From Moraxella nasovis (GTDB taxonomy: Bacteria > Pseudomonadota > Gammaproteobacteria > Pseudomonadales > Moraxellaceae), in contig NZ_CP089976.1 in NCBI RefSeq assembly GCF_022701215.1, positions 120,001-152,000 on the forward strand: a DNA stretch of 32,000 nt. Direction: 5' to 3'. The translations under genes were made by a program, and so were the position numbers. The notes below the pieces were generated by a model, which was given only the letters and a program-made list of their open reading frames with translations, ran no database searches and had not been told where the DNA came from. This document shows positions 9,647-18,059 of the stretch, piece after piece; the first letter of the stretch is position 1; each line of letters starts with the position of its first letter.

Positions 9647-10960
9647 TTAAATCGCGTAGCCTAACGCATAAAATGCCACAAGCACCACAGCAATCACAAC
9701 TGTGCCGATATTAAGCTTGTTAAATTCACCACAAATGACTCGCCCAAGCACCAAAGAGCCAAACCCTAGCATAATACCAGTTACGATATTTGCTGTCAGA
9801 ACAATAAACACCGCACAGACAAGCCCACTCATCGCACCAATAAAGTCATCAAAGTCAAGCTTAGAGACATTACTTAGCATTAATAAACCCACATACATCA
9901 AAGCAGGAGCCGTCGCATAAGATGGCACAAGAAAAGCAAGTGGCTGAAGTACAAGCATAAATAAAAACAGCACGCCCACGACGACGGCAGTCAGACCTGT
10001 CTTACCACCCACCGCAGTTCCTGCAGCTGACTCAATGTAAACGGCTGCAGGAGCAGTTCCTAGCACTCCTGAGAATATGCTTGACATAGAGTCAGCTGTC
10101 AATGCCTTACCACCGCCTATGATTTGCCCATCTTTATCCAGCAAATTTGCCTGTCCTGCTACGGCACGAATTGTGCCTGTCGCATCAAAGATAGCTGTCA
10201 TTACCAGTGCAAACACCGCAGGTAAAATCGCTGTATTTAACGCACCCATCACATCCATCGCACCAAAAAGCGACTGACTGCCAAAACTTGGTAGCTTAAA
10301 TACCGCACCATCAAAGCGAACGTTTGGATCAAATATTAAGCCGATTACTGTAATAGCGATAATCACCCATAAAATACCACCTTTAATGCGGCGACGCTCA
10401 AGACCAATGATAGCTGCCAAACCAACAAGCGACATAATGACTGCAAACGAAGTAAACTCACCCATCTTTACAGGTAAGCCTGCGTCATTTGAGACAACCA
10501 AACCTACACCATTAGCAGCGATCAGTAATAAAAATAGCCCAATCCCAATGCCTGCCCCATGTGCAATAGAGCTTGGTAAATTACGCAAAATCCAAGCACG
10601 AATGCCTGTTACTGAGATTAGCGTAAAGACCACCCCCATTAAAAATATTGCCCCCAATGCCACAGGAATACTGATGCCTTGACCAATCACCAGACTGTAC
10701 GCTGTAAATGCTGTCAGACTAATGGCACAGCCAATAGCCATTGGAACATTTGCCCAAAGCCCAATTAAGATAGAGCCAAGCCCTGCCACAAGACAAGTTG
10801 CAATAAATACCGACTCAGCAGGAAAGCCTGCATCGCCTAGCATACTTGGTACGACGATTACCGAATATACCATTGCTAAGAATGTCGTAAGTCCTGCTAC
10901 GACTTCTTGACGGATAGACGACCCGCGAGATTGTACTTGAAAATAAGAAGATAAAGACAT
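9647..10960 (-). CDS. NCS2-family purine permease (adenine/guanine/hypoxanthine transporter, AzgA-like)
   Basis: Polytopic membrane protein whose N-terminus [28 protein letters not shown] is typical of AdeP/GhxP-type permeases. The track ORF extends to 11065, but the ATG at 10958-10960 (MSLSSYF...) has an upstream AAGGTG and gives 437 aa, the same length as the paralog at 13079-14392. Confidence 0.9.
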   Translation of the reverse strand: MSLSSYFQVQSRGSSIRQEVVAGLTTFLAMVYSVIVVPSMLGDAGFPAESVFIATCLVAGLGSILIGLWANVPMAIGCAISLTAFTAYSLVIGQGISIPVALGAIFLMGVVFTLISVTGIRAWILRNLPSSIAHGAGIGIGLFLLLIAANGVGLVVSNDAGLPVKMGEFTSFAVIMSLVGLAAIIGLERRRIKGGILWVIIAITVIGLIFDPNVRFDGAVFKLPSFGSQSLFGAMDVMGALNTAILPAVFALVMTAIFDATGTIRAVAGQANLLDKDGQIIGGGKALTADSMSSIFSGVLGTAPAAVYIESAAGTAVGGKTGLTAVVVGVLFLFMLVLQPLAFLVPSYATAPALMYVGLLMLSNVSKLDFDDFIGAMSGLVCAVFIVLTANIVTGIMLGFGSLVLGRVICGEFNKLNIGTVVIAVVLVAFYALGYAI

Positions 10961-11211
10961 AAAATCACACACCTTAAATACAAAAAGACGATCGCAAGAC
11001 CGTCTTGGTAGATGATAAGCCAGACGATCTGCCAAGCTTGCCATAAAATGGCGGTATTTTACCAAAATTTAGCGTTTTTTGATACATATTTGTAACACCA
11101 TTTTGTAACAACTGACACATTTGGTAATCATCAAAGCAATCTTTATGGTTTTATGATATAGTCAGCTTATCTTATCCACTAAATGACACAACACAACCAA
11201 AGATTATAGTT

Positions 11212-11712
11212 ATGAATAATACACACGAAACCATCTTTTTACCCACCTTTACTAGCACCATCGTCTCTGGTAATGCCAAAGACGGATTTCAAACCGTATC
11301 AAAAAGCCTAGCAGATTATGTCGCACAATCTGACAAGGGGTTAATTTTATACTTTTACCCAAAAGATAACACCGCAGGGTGCAGCACTCAAGCTACTGAT
11401 TTTAGCACACACTTACAAGCCTTATCTGACTTAGGTTATACGGTGCTTGGCGTCTCAAGGGACGGTATTGGCTCACACGAAAACTTCATCACCAAAAAAG
11501 AGTTGAGTATTCCCCTAATTAGCGATACTGACGAGATGCTTTGCCAGCATTTTGACGTTATTAAAGAAAAAATGATGTACGGTAAGACGCACTTAGGCAT
11601 TGTTCGTTCTACTTTTGTTTTTGATAAAACTGGCAACATGACACACAGCTTTAGAAATGTCAAAGCCAAAGAACATGTCGCCCACTTAATGACAGCTCTA
11701 ACAAAAGCATAA
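11212..11712 (+). CDS. bcp: Thiol peroxidase / peroxiredoxin Bcp
   Basis: 166-aa ORF with the peroxidatic Cys motif LYFYPKDNTAGCSTQA and Bcp-like length. Confidence 0.9.
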   Translation: MNNTHETIFLPTFTSTIVSGNAKDGFQTVSKSLADYVAQSDKGLILYFYPKDNTAGCSTQATDFSTHLQALSDLGYTVLGVSRDGIGSHENFITKKELSIPLISDTDEMLCQHFDVIKEKMMYGKTHLGIVRSTFVFDKTGNMTHSFRNVKAKEHVAHLMTALTKA

Positions 11713-11731
11713 TTAGTGCTTTACGATAGCC

Positions 11732-12940
11732 ATGAAAGTCTTACATCTATCTTCTTCGCTAAAGCATGATGAATCCGAGCGTGGCATCTACCCTATTACG
11801 CACGCTTTAATGAAAGCAGGTCATGAATCCATCGTGATTGGGGCTGCCGACCCAAGCGATGAATTGGTGTTGCGTTTTTTACGAGATGGCACACAGTATT
11901 ATCAGTTAGCCATGCCAAAAAAGTCATGGCTATCTTTACGTCATGTCTTTAAGCTTAGACAAATCATCGCCCACCAAAAGCCTGACATCGTTCACGTTCA
12001 CTCTCGCACGCCTGCTTGGGTATTGCATTGGGCATTACGCGCCATGCCGACTGAAGACAGACCGAAAATTGTGGCAATGTTTTATGGGTTTTATCCTTTA
12101 AATTCATACACAAAGGTTTTATTTGATGCCGATGTCATTATCACTGCATCACACAGCATTGATACCCACCTTAAAACAAAACTGGCAGCTAAAAAGCAAG
12201 AGCTTGGCGTGGATCGATGTGATTTTGATATTGTGGAGGTAAGGCGTGGCGTAGATGTGCGAAAATACCCCTACCGCCATCACTCATCTGTTCATTGGCT
12301 GCATTCTGTTTTTGCTCAGCATCCAGAGCTTGAGCATAAAAAATGGCTTATTTTCCCAACACCAATCGGTCACGAATACGGTCATGAATGGTTGATTGAC
12401 GTTTTAGGCAACTTACAAGATGATTATGATAACATTCACGCCATTATCATGGATGACGACTTTACCAATCTTAGCAGTCAAGATGTCAGCCATGAAGAAT
12501 TCGTCCAACGCCTAAATGCACTTAACCTTCGCCATCGAGTGACATTCATCGGTCGTAGACCCACCGACACCAAAGAGTGGCTCGCTTCTGCCAATGTCGT
12601 CTTATGCCTTGCCAATCGTCCAGAGAGTATTGGCATGACCGCCTTACAAGCCATTCATCTTGGAACACCTGTCATTGGTTGGGCGACAGGAGCAAGTGGC
12701 GATATTTTGACTAACCTTTACCCCCAAGGACTCATTAAACAAAAAAAAGCGATCGACTTATGTAAATCTGTGCGATATCATCTCACCAACCCCCTTCGTC
12801 CTGCTATGACGCACGAATATGTTGTAGAGCAGATGATTGCTGAGACTTTGGCAGTATATCAGTCGCTTATGCCAAATTGTAAGCTCGTCTATAAAGATAA
12901 GCACGACCATTTGGTATGTATAAAAGCAGAAAACGACTGA
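11732..12940 (+). CDS. Glycosyltransferase, GT-B fold (family 4-like)
   Basis: 402-aa ORF whose C-terminal half has the GT4-type donor-binding region ...NRPESIGMTALQAIHLGTPVIGWATGASGDIL (the E-x7-E position reads E-x7-Q). Acceptor and pathway are unknown. Confidence 0.7.
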   Translation: MKVLHLSSSLKHDESERGIYPITHALMKAGHESIVIGAADPSDELVLRFLRDGTQYYQLAMPKKSWLSLRHVFKLRQIIAHQKPDIVHVHSRTPAWVLHWALRAMPTEDRPKIVAMFYGFYPLNSYTKVLFDADVIITASHSIDTHLKTKLAAKKQELGVDRCDFDIVEVRRGVDVRKYPYRHHSSVHWLHSVFAQHPELEHKKWLIFPTPIGHEYGHEWLIDVLGNLQDDYDNIHAIIMDDDFTNLSSQDVSHEEFVQRLNALNLRHRVTFIGRRPTDTKEWLASANVVLCLANRPESIGMTALQAIHLGTPVIGWATGASGDILTNLYPQGLIKQKKAIDLCKSVRYHLTNPLRPAMTHEYVVEQMIAETLAVYQSLMPNCKLVYKDKHDHLVCIKAEND

Positions 12941-12967
12941 TATTCATCATACTTATGCCATCATAGT

Positions 12968-12990
12968 GCCGCACTTAGGCGGTTTTTTTA
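12968..12990 (+). terminator. Weak rho-independent terminator after the glycosyltransferase gene
   Basis: GCCGC (12968-12972) and GCGGT (12979-12983) form a 5-bp stem including one G-U pair, with a 6-nt loop, followed by T7. Confidence 0.45.
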
Positions 12991-13078
12991 TCGTCAAAAC
13001 TGTGTTAAAATCCAACAGAAAAACAAACCTATCTAATTTGTTTTTCATTGCTTTTACCCTCTTATTTTTGGAAAACCA

Positions 13079-14392
13079 ATGAAAAATTCCTCTTTCATCC
13101 ACCGATTTTTTAAATTATCACAAAATCACACAAACCCAAAGACAGAAATTATCGCAGGTATTACCACCTTTTTTACGATGGTTTATATCGTCTTTGTCAA
13201 TCCATCCATCTTAGGTGTCACTGGCATGGATACGCAAGTCGTCTTTGTGACTACTTGCTTAATTGCAGCCTTTGGTACGATAGCCATGGGGCTGTTTAGC
13301 AACCTGCCCATTGCTCTAGCCCCCGCCATGGGATTGAACGCCTTTTTTGCGTTCGTGGTGGTTTCTAAACTTGGCTATTCATGGCAAGTGGGTATGGGGA
13401 CTATATTTTGGGGGTCAGTTGGATTGTTTTTACTGACCATTTTTCAGGTTCGGTATTGGCTGATGACCAGTGTTCCGCTGTCGCTGCGTGTCGGCATAGG
13501 AGCTGGCATTGGGCTATTTATCGCACTGATTGGACTAAAAAATATGGGGCTTGTGGTGGCAAACGAAGCCACGCTTGTTACTGTTGGCAATTTACATTCA
13601 CCCACATTATTAATGGGCGTGCTTGGGTTTTTTATTATTGTCGTGATGGCGGCGATGGGACGACATTCAGGAGCTTTAGTTTCAATCATCATCGTTACCG
13701 CACTGGCATTAATGTTTGATGATAGTGTACAGCTTAGCGGACAAATTTTATCCATGCCGCCAAGTTTAAGCCCTGTTGTTGGTCAAGTGGATATTGCTGG
13801 AGCGTTTGATACTGCCTTGCTTGGTATTATCTTTTCATTCATGTTAGTAAACTTATTTGACTCATCTGGCACGCTCATCGCTGTTACCGATAAGGCAGGC
13901 ATTAGCGACGAACAAGGGCGATTTCCCAAGATGAAGCAGGCTTTGCTTGTAGATAGCACAAGTGCCATGGCAGGTTCATTTATGGGGACATCTGCCATCA
14001 GTACATATATTGAAAGTGGTGCTGGCGTGTCTGTTGGCGGTCGTACAGGTCTAACCGCTGTCGTGGTTGGTGTGTTATTTTTATGCACCATTTTTTTATC
14101 GCCATTGGCTGCCATCGTGCCAGCTTATGCCACCGCAGGTTCACTTGTATTTGTAGGCATTTTAATGACTTCAAGCCTTGTTAAAGTTGCTTGGGACGAT
14201 CTAACCGAAGCAGTACCCGCTTTCATCACCGCCGCTATGATGCCTTTTACCTATTCTATCACCGAAGGTATTGCTTTTGGTTTTATCAGCTACTGCATTA
14301 TGAAAGCTGCCACAGGTCGCCTAAAAGAGCTAAACGCCCCTGTTATCATTGTTGCCTTGCTGTTTTTGGTTAAATTTGCTTGGATTGGGTAA
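13079..14392 (+). CDS. NCS2-family purine permease (second AzgA-like paralog)
   Basis: 437-aa polytopic ORF with N-terminus TEIIAGITTFFTMVYIVFVNPSILG and C-terminal blocks ([29 protein letters not shown]) parallel to the 9647-10960 paralog. Confidence 0.9.
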   Translation: MKNSSFIHRFFKLSQNHTNPKTEIIAGITTFFTMVYIVFVNPSILGVTGMDTQVVFVTTCLIAAFGTIAMGLFSNLPIALAPAMGLNAFFAFVVVSKLGYSWQVGMGTIFWGSVGLFLLTIFQVRYWLMTSVPLSLRVGIGAGIGLFIALIGLKNMGLVVANEATLVTVGNLHSPTLLMGVLGFFIIVVMAAMGRHSGALVSIIIVTALALMFDDSVQLSGQILSMPPSLSPVVGQVDIAGAFDTALLGIIFSFMLVNLFDSSGTLIAVTDKAGISDEQGRFPKMKQALLVDSTSAMAGSFMGTSAISTYIESGAGVSVGGRTGLTAVVVGVLFLCTIFLSPLAAIVPAYATAGSLVFVGILMTSSLVKVAWDDLTEAVPAFITAAMMPFTYSITEGIAFGFISYCIMKAATGRLKELNAPVIIVALLFLVKFAWIG

Positions 14393-14407
14393 TTAGCTTA
14401 CCAAATA

Positions 14408-14432
14408 TAAACCCTGCAACTAGCAGGGTTTA
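14408..14432 (+). terminator. Rho-independent terminator after the second permease gene
   Basis: TAAACCCTGC (14408-14417) pairs with GCAGGGTTTA (14423-14432) around a 5-nt loop. The T-tail is imperfect (TTAATC). Confidence 0.55.
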
Positions 14433-14553
14433 TTAATCAGTTATTAAGATAACAGTTAGCCTGACAAATCTTACAACCAGCCATCTTTTTATACGTATCA
14501 AAGCAAGTTAATTGTAGCCATGCGATGAATTTGTCATAAAAAGTCATTTGCTA

Positions 14554-14575
14554 TTTTCTTGGTGTTTTCTTGGTG
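14554..14575. repeat. 11-bp perfect tandem duplication TTTTCTTGGTG x2
   Basis: 14554-14564 equals 14565-14575. It lies immediately 3' of the stop of the small minus-strand ORF at 14576-14734. Confidence 0.85.
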
Positions 14576-14734
14576 TTATTTCTTATCATGCTGATGGGCG
14601 ATTTGACTAATCTGTACCGCCTGCAAAAGACCCAATTCTTTAAATTCTTGACGCAATTTTTTGACCGCTTGCGTTTGGTCTTTGGTGTCTGCCAATATTT
14701 CAAGATAACGGCTGACATATTTGGTTTTATCCAT
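14576..14734 (-). CDS. Small hypothetical protein (52 aa), or the C-terminal part of a homopolymer-split ~84-aa membrane-anchored protein
   Basis: My translation is MDKTKYVSRYLEILADTKDQTQAVKKLRQEFKELGLLQAVQISQIAHQHDKK. The composition is helical and protein-like, unlike the overlapping K/R-rich 77-aa track ORF. It is below the track length cutoff. Confidence 0.35.
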   Translation of the reverse strand: MDKTKYVSRYLEILADTKDQTQAVKKLRQEFKELGLLQAVQISQIAHQHDKK

Positions 14735-14828
14735 TGCTTGCCATAAATTTTTTTAATTGCCGTCTTATGGCAAAATTTTGCCACGTCATCACAATGACAA
14801 CGCCTAACACCACATATTCATATTTCAT
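14727..14828 (-). CDS. Small hypothetical membrane peptide (33 aa), or the N-terminal part of the split gene
   Basis: AAAGGAT lies 6 nt upstream of the ATG at 14826-14828. My translation is MKYEYVVLGVVIVMTWQNFAIRRQLKKFMASNG. The frame ends 8 nt after the start of the 52-aa ORF (ATGGATAA overlap), and an A7 tract (T7 on the + strand, 14748-14754) lies just upstream of the junction. Confidence 0.3.
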   Translation of the reverse strand: MKYEYVVLGVVIVMTWQNFAIRRQLKKFMASNG

Positions 14829-14870
14829 ATTACTTATCCTTTAAAAATATCAAAACCCAACCAAAACCAT

Positions 14871-15680
14871 CTAAAACTGATACTTATCAAAGCGTATCGC
14901 ATCATTACTTATGCTTTGTGCTGGTGTTTGATTTGCCAAATAAGGGGCTAGTATTGGACGTTTGACAATCACTTTGCCGTTATCTGTTAATTGGTTTTGG
15001 GCAATGTGCAAAAATCGCATTTCATCATCAAGGCTTGGCGGATTTGCCAATTCATGCAAAACCTGCATATTTTTGCCCACTTTGGCGGTATAGCTGTCGC
15101 TTGGGAACATGGGGTCAAGATAAATCACATCGGCTTTTGGTAAATGTATCATAAAATCTTGATTTAAAAAATTAGCGTGATGAATCGTAATTCGGCTTAA
15201 TAATTTTTGCCAATTTGGGTTGTCATTCATCATCTGTTTTTCAAACAATAACAACAACGCAATCAATGGATTTTGTTCAATCAACACAACCTTTGCCCCA
15301 GTACTTGCCAAAATCAAACTGTCATGCCCAAAGCCTGCCGTGCCATCTATGACATTCATGCCATCGGTCAATTTGCACGCCTGCAAAATCAGCTCCGACT
15401 TTCGCCCTGCGGTAACGATACGTTTGGTAAGAGATTGCCAGTTTAGATGTGATTTGATTAAATTGCCATTATCTAGTTTTATCAAGGTTGGTGTATTTTT
15501 AACGATTGCAACGATGGTCGTATTTGGATTGTCATTGATAGTTGTCATGATAAATTTATCGGATAATTTGCTTAATGCGACAAATGATAAATCCAATGAC
15601 GAATCATGGCTGTTTTTGATCAGGTTTAATTTATCAAAGATGGTTTTGTCGTGATGTGTGCCGATGACTGCAATGTTCAT
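14871..15680 (-). CDS. rsmJ: 16S rRNA (guanine1516-N2)-methyltransferase RsmJ-like SAM-dependent methyltransferase
   Basis: 269-aa ORF with VIDGTAGFGHDSLILASTGAKVVLIEQNPLIALLL, matching the RsmJ (YhiQ) core VVDATAGLGRDAFVLAS...ERNP, plus the downstream DVIYLDPMFP motif. Confidence 0.82.
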   Translation of the reverse strand: MNIAVIGTHHDKTIFDKLNLIKNSHDSSLDLSFVALSKLSDKFIMTTINDNPNTTIVAIVKNTPTLIKLDNGNLIKSHLNWQSLTKRIVTAGRKSELILQACKLTDGMNVIDGTAGFGHDSLILASTGAKVVLIEQNPLIALLLLFEKQMMNDNPNWQKLLSRITIHHANFLNQDFMIHLPKADVIYLDPMFPSDSYTAKVGKNMQVLHELANPPSLDDEMRFLHIAQNQLTDNGKVIVKRPILAPYLANQTPAQSISNDAIRFDKYQF

Positions 15681-15707
15681 GTTTAAGCTTCATTTTAAGT
15701 TTTAATT

Positions 15708-16550
15708 TTAGCCTTGAAATTGATAACCAAACCCAAAATACGCAAGCAACACAAGCACGCCTGTGATGATACGTAGCCAAGCAAAAATCATAAAATCATG
15801 ACGAGACACCCAAGCCACCATCAACCGAATGCACAAAAGTGCCACCACAAAAGACACCAGCGTCCCTACGCCCAAAACCGCCCAATCTTGGGTGCTTTGT
15901 AGGCTGTCTTTTTTGTCTATGAGTTCAAGCAACCCTGCCCCCACGATGACAGGAATGCCCAAAAAGAACGAAAACTCAGTGGCAGCACGGCGAGACGCAC
16001 CCACCCACAACGCCCCAATGATGGTCGCCCCAGAACGGCTTGTGCCGGGGATTAGGGCAAGGCATTGAGCCAGTCCGATTTTTAGGGCGGTTTTGATGTC
16101 TATTTGTTCAGCTTCATGTGCGGTGATGGGGCTTGGGTGCTTTTCAACATAGATGATGAGCATTGCCCCGACAATGAGCATGGTCGCCACCACCAGTGGG
16201 TGAAACAACACACCTGTGATGTAGTCTTTGGCGGTAAAGCCGACAATCATGACAGGCAATGTGGCGATGATGAGTGAGACCCCAAGCCTGCGTGGATTGG
16301 CAAGACCTTCTGCCTTGCCTATGATTAGCCCCATCAAGGCGTGCCGCAGCCTACCCCAATAATCATAAATCACCGCCAAAATCGCCCCAAGCTGAATGAA
16401 GACAATGAATAAATCTTGCTTATCTTTATCCCAAAAATCTAAGATATCCGCCGATAAAATCAGATAGCCTGTGCTAGAAATCGGTAAAAACTCAGCAATG
16501 CCTTCTACAACGCCCATGATGATGGCTTTTAGAAATAAGATGATGTCCAT
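15708..16550 (-). CDS. uppP: Undecaprenyl-diphosphate phosphatase
   Basis: 280-aa polytopic ORF with BacA/UppP signatures GVVEGIAEFLPISSTGYL and LIPGTSRSGATI. Confidence 0.95.
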   Translation of the reverse strand: MDIILFLKAIIMGVVEGIAEFLPISSTGYLILSADILDFWDKDKQDLFIVFIQLGAILAVIYDYWGRLRHALMGLIIGKAEGLANPRRLGVSLIIATLPVMIVGFTAKDYITGVLFHPLVVATMLIVGAMLIIYVEKHPSPITAHEAEQIDIKTALKIGLAQCLALIPGTSRSGATIIGALWVGASRRAATEFSFFLGIPVIVGAGLLELIDKKDSLQSTQDWAVLGVGTLVSFVVALLCIRLMVAWVSRHDFMIFAWLRIITGVLVLLAYFGFGYQFQG

Positions 16551-16573
16551 GATAAGCTCTTTTTTATGTTATT

Positions 16574-16825
16574 TTAGTAATTGCAATAATAGGTAATGAT
16601 GTCGTCTAAGCCGTCTTGATGTTCATTCAGGATAATTTTAGATACAAGCATATTCGTAAATTGTTCAATATCGTCTTCGCTTTGAAATTTGTTCAAAAAT
16701 TCTGTATCATTCTCCAAATTATCAAAATAATACAAAATATCTTCACGAATGGTATCACCATAAGAACCATTCTTAAATTTTAAACATTCAAAAAATATGG
16801 CTTGTTTTTTACTAAAAGCTAACAT
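16574..16825 (-). CDS. Small acidic hypothetical protein (83 aa), translationally coupled to the upstream nuclease gene
   Basis: The start ATG (16823-16825) overlaps the nuclease stop TAG (16819-16821) in ATGTTAG. I count 16 D/E against 7 K/R. I recognise no family. Confidence 0.6.
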   Translation of the reverse strand: MLAFSKKQAIFFECLKFKNGSYGDTIREDILYYFDNLENDTEFLNKFQSEDDIEQFTNMLVSKIILNEHQDGLDDIITYYCNY

Positions 16826-17592
16826 ATTTCACGCTCTAAATGATATTCTTTAATAGGTTTGGATTGAAGAATCACTTCTTTAAAAGCCAGATTATTGACA
16901 GGATTATCAATCGTCAAAAATAGTGGGATATCATCTAAATTCATCACTAGGGTTAAAATATAATCATGCTTATATTCGCACGCTTTGATGTATTCATTTT
17001 CGGTTAATCGGATTTTACCTTTATTTTGGCGAACACCTTTAATTTCTGCTAAATAATTATTGGTATTGGTGCTAATTTGAAAATCATAACCATCACCAAA
17101 TAGCCTTGCATCTTCTAAAATGCCATTACCAAAAATCTCTATTGTACGGTAGTTATTGATAAAATATAGTTCAGCTTCCAACCCAGTCTCTTGCATTTTT
17201 TTAAATTTAGATTGGGTAATTGGTTCTATTTTGTCTGCAATTAACAAATCACTTACTGCATAATTATTTTTTAAAATAAGTTTTACAATATTAGCATAAT
17301 TGACCACATTTTCATGACCAAATAAACTATCAATCAAAATTTTGCGGTGTTCATAAACTTCCTTTTTCTGCCACCAACCTTGCCTGCCATTATCAAAATA
17401 AGGGTCAAATAAATCTTGGCGATTTTTAACTACGCTTTTGGTCTGCACAATGCCTAAATCTACAAAATATTGATAAAATTGCTCTTTGCTTTTACAGTTA
17501 AATTGTTTGATAAATTCATGATTAAATTTTGCTAAGCCGTAGCCTAGCAAATTTAACAATTCATAATGTTCGTGTTTATTGGCATTATTCAT
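16819..17592 (-). CDS. Putative restriction-type endonuclease, PD-(D/E)xK fold (DUF3883/NOV_C-like C-terminal domain)
   Basis: 257-aa ORF. The C-terminal half has the pattern E(AELYF)...GDGYDFQI-x11-AEIKGV...IRLTENEYIKA...YILTLV, typical of the DUF3883 nuclease core (GYD...E-x-K...NE). Its ATG overlaps the stop of the upstream methyltransferase fragment (ATGA), and it sits in an R-M context. Confidence 0.72.
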   Translation of the reverse strand: MNNANKHEHYELLNLLGYGLAKFNHEFIKQFNCKSKEQFYQYFVDLGIVQTKSVVKNRQDLFDPYFDNGRQGWWQKKEVYEHRKILIDSLFGHENVVNYANIVKLILKNNYAVSDLLIADKIEPITQSKFKKMQETGLEAELYFINNYRTIEIFGNGILEDARLFGDGYDFQISTNTNNYLAEIKGVRQNKGKIRLTENEYIKACEYKHDYILTLVMNLDDIPLFLTIDNPVNNLAFKEVILQSKPIKEYHLEREIC

Positions 17593-18017
17593 ATATAATT
17601 TAGCTTATTTTCCAAAATATCCAAAATTACTTTAAAGGTATTGCCTTTATCATGACTAACAAGATTTTTGACATTTTCCAAAAACACTACTTTTGGGCGG
17701 TGTTTTTCTATGATTTTTTCAATATCAAAAAACAGTGTGCCACGACTATCGGAAAAACCTTTTTGGTAGCCTGCAATAGAAAAGGCTTGGCAAGGAAACC
17801 CTGCACATAATATATCAAAATTTTGTGGAATTTTAGACTTAACTTCATCAAGTGTAATATCGCCAAACGGTACAATACCATGATTAGCAAAATACGTTTT
17901 TTGAGCATTACTATCTATCTCGCTAGCAAAAACACATTCGCCACCAAGCTCTTTTAAGGCAAAGTGAAAACCACCCACACCTGCAAACAAATCAATAAAA
18001 GTAAAATTTTTCATCAT
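17589..18017 (-). CDS. C5 DNA cytosine methyltransferase, N-terminal fragment only (motifs I-VI, M.HhaI-like)
   Basis: 142-aa ORF with motif I FIDLFAGVGGF, SEID, GDIT, motif IV GFPCQAFS (Cys codon 17790-17792), RGTLFF and motif VI ENVKN. It stops at ...ILENKLNYI, where M.HhaI reads MNELDYSF. Motif VIII, the TRD, and motifs IX and X are absent. Confidence 0.85.
   Translation of the reverse strand: MMKNFTFIDLFAGVGGFHFALKELGGECVFASEIDSNAQKTYFANHGIVPFGDITLDEVKSKIPQNFDILCAGFPCQAFSIAGYQKGFSDSRGTLFFDIEKIIEKHRPKVVFLENVKNLVSHDKGNTFKVILDILENKLNYI
17965..18017 (-). repeat. Direct repeat copy 1 (first 53 nt of the 142-aa methyltransferase ORF)
   Basis: 52/53 nt identical to 18835-18887 (offset 870 bp; single mismatch 17979 A vs 18849 G). 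Identity collapses to roughly half immediately outside. Confidence 0.9.
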
Positions 18018-18059
18018 CTTTTCTTCAAATAATTTTTTGATACCATATATAATAGTTGC

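Noticed and set aside
9702-10910. Four plus-strand ORFs antisense to the first NCS2 permease. The same pattern occurs at 13381-14373 in the second permease, 15220-15654 in rsmJ and 15829-16068 in uppP.
   Set aside because: These are antisense frames of hydrophobic membrane-protein genes, which routinely stay open (Pro/Ala/Ser/Thr/Ile-rich). There is no independent support.
10961-11065. N-terminal extensions implied by the longest-ORF calls: permease to 11065, ypjD-like from 21394, argC to 28624 and folE from 28783
   Set aside because: The extensions start at TTG codons or add non-homologous basic leaders. Internal ATG/GTG starts with SD-like sequences give lengths matching known family members or the paralog.
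14551-14784. 77-aa minus-strand ORF from the track (MAKFCHKTAIKKIYGKQW...)
   Set aside because: It has extremely K/R-rich, low-complexity composition and no SD. It overlaps, out of frame, two shorter frames with much more protein-like sequence (14576-14734 and 14727-14828). It is most likely a frame artefact.
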